DNA from: Oopsacas minuta
Lineage: Eukaryota; Animalia; Porifera
DNA length: 64,000 bases
Direction: 5' to 3'
Assembly (NCBI GenBank): GCA_024704765.1
Contig: JAKMXF010000210.1
Coordinates: forward strand, 124,001 to 188,000
Shown in pieces: positions 63,496-64,000 of the stretch (position 1 is its first letter; each line of letters starts with the position of its first letter). The notes under the pieces are model-generated. The model saw nothing but the letters and a program-made list of their open reading frames with translations. It was not told where the DNA came from and made no database searches. Both the position numbers and the translations under genes were made by a program.

Positions 63496-64000
63496 ATGAG
63501 TGCAACAGACGATGACATAATGCGTACTCGCCTCATGATTGAGGGAGAGGGCAGTGATTACCGTCGTCTCAACAATCTATTGCGTAGTTTCATGAAATGG
63601 TGTTTGAATGATGATCAGACTCAAGAGGAATCAGAAGCTGCTTACCATCAAATCTTGTTCATACTCAGTCAATGCGAATTCGCTATGGAGAAGATCCAGC
63701 TTTCAGTTGATATGTATGAGAGAGAAAAACAGAACTATCAACTCCTCAGCTCTGAGATCGAGCGAAGAAGAGAGACAGCTGAAAATGAAATCGTGACGTA
63801 TAAAGATCAGCTGGTGGATGCTAGAGAGGTGAGGAGGAACAGACAGGAGTATGATGCGTTAGCTAAGATTATCAACAAATATCCAAACAGGAGAGAAACT
63901 ACAAAAGAGATAGAAAGTCTGGAGCATAGTCTTCTGGATTTGAGTCAAAATAAAGAAAGGCTATCCTTGAAAGTGGAGGAACGGCGAAAAGAATTTTGTT
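63496..64000 (+). CDS. THOC7: THO complex subunit 7, 3'-partial (absent from the ORF track)
   Basis: MSATDDDIMRTRLMIEGEG.DYRRLNNLLRSFMKWC...CEFAMEK...RRNRQEYDALAKII..YPNR. Confidence 0.95.
   Translation, partial: MSATDDDIMRTRLMIEGEGSDYRRLNNLLRSFMKWCLNDDQTQEESEAAYHQILFILSQCEFAMEKIQLSVDMYEREKQNYQLLSSEIERRRETAENEIVTYKDQLVDAREVRRNRQEYDALAKIINKYPNRRETTKEIESLEHSLLDLSQNKERLSLKVEERRKEFC

Overview
AT-rich, very compact eukaryotic nuclear DNA from an early-branching animal. THOC7, INTS8, SLMAP, filamin, Orai and tetraspanins point to a metazoan. A sponge, probably a glass sponge (hexactinellid), is my inference from compactness, short introns and gene content; it is not proven. I count about 41 protein-coding genes in 64 kb. 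Most are intronless, the introns present are mostly 45-70 nt, and the spacers carry many small TIR elements (pogo/Tigger-like, hAT, PIF/Harbinger, Helentron-like). The strongest signal is architectural: 37 of 41 genes are on the + strand, 27 of them consecutively (25761-64000), with spacers as short as 82-84 bp. In 37 of 40 visible gene starts the ATG is preceded within 20 nt by a TAG/CAG acceptor-like site with no evident partner donor. This is the pattern expected of polycistronic transcription resolved by spliced-leader trans-splicing. Other notable points: a same-strand PPxY membrane gene nested in an SLMAP intron; an antisense calmodulin-like gene nested in MED23; a 484-bp conversion-like tract shared by two TM2-domain paralogs 58 kb apart; a tetraspanin triplet with a readable unequal-crossover breakpoint; four reading-frame breaks (beta-tubulin-like, calmodulin-like, PLK4, MED23), most simply assembly indels; and a 58-aa Tom5/6-like ORF below the ORF-track cutoff. 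No tRNA, rRNA, SL RNA or CRISPR locus was recognised. Gene identities come from recalled family motifs, not from database searches.
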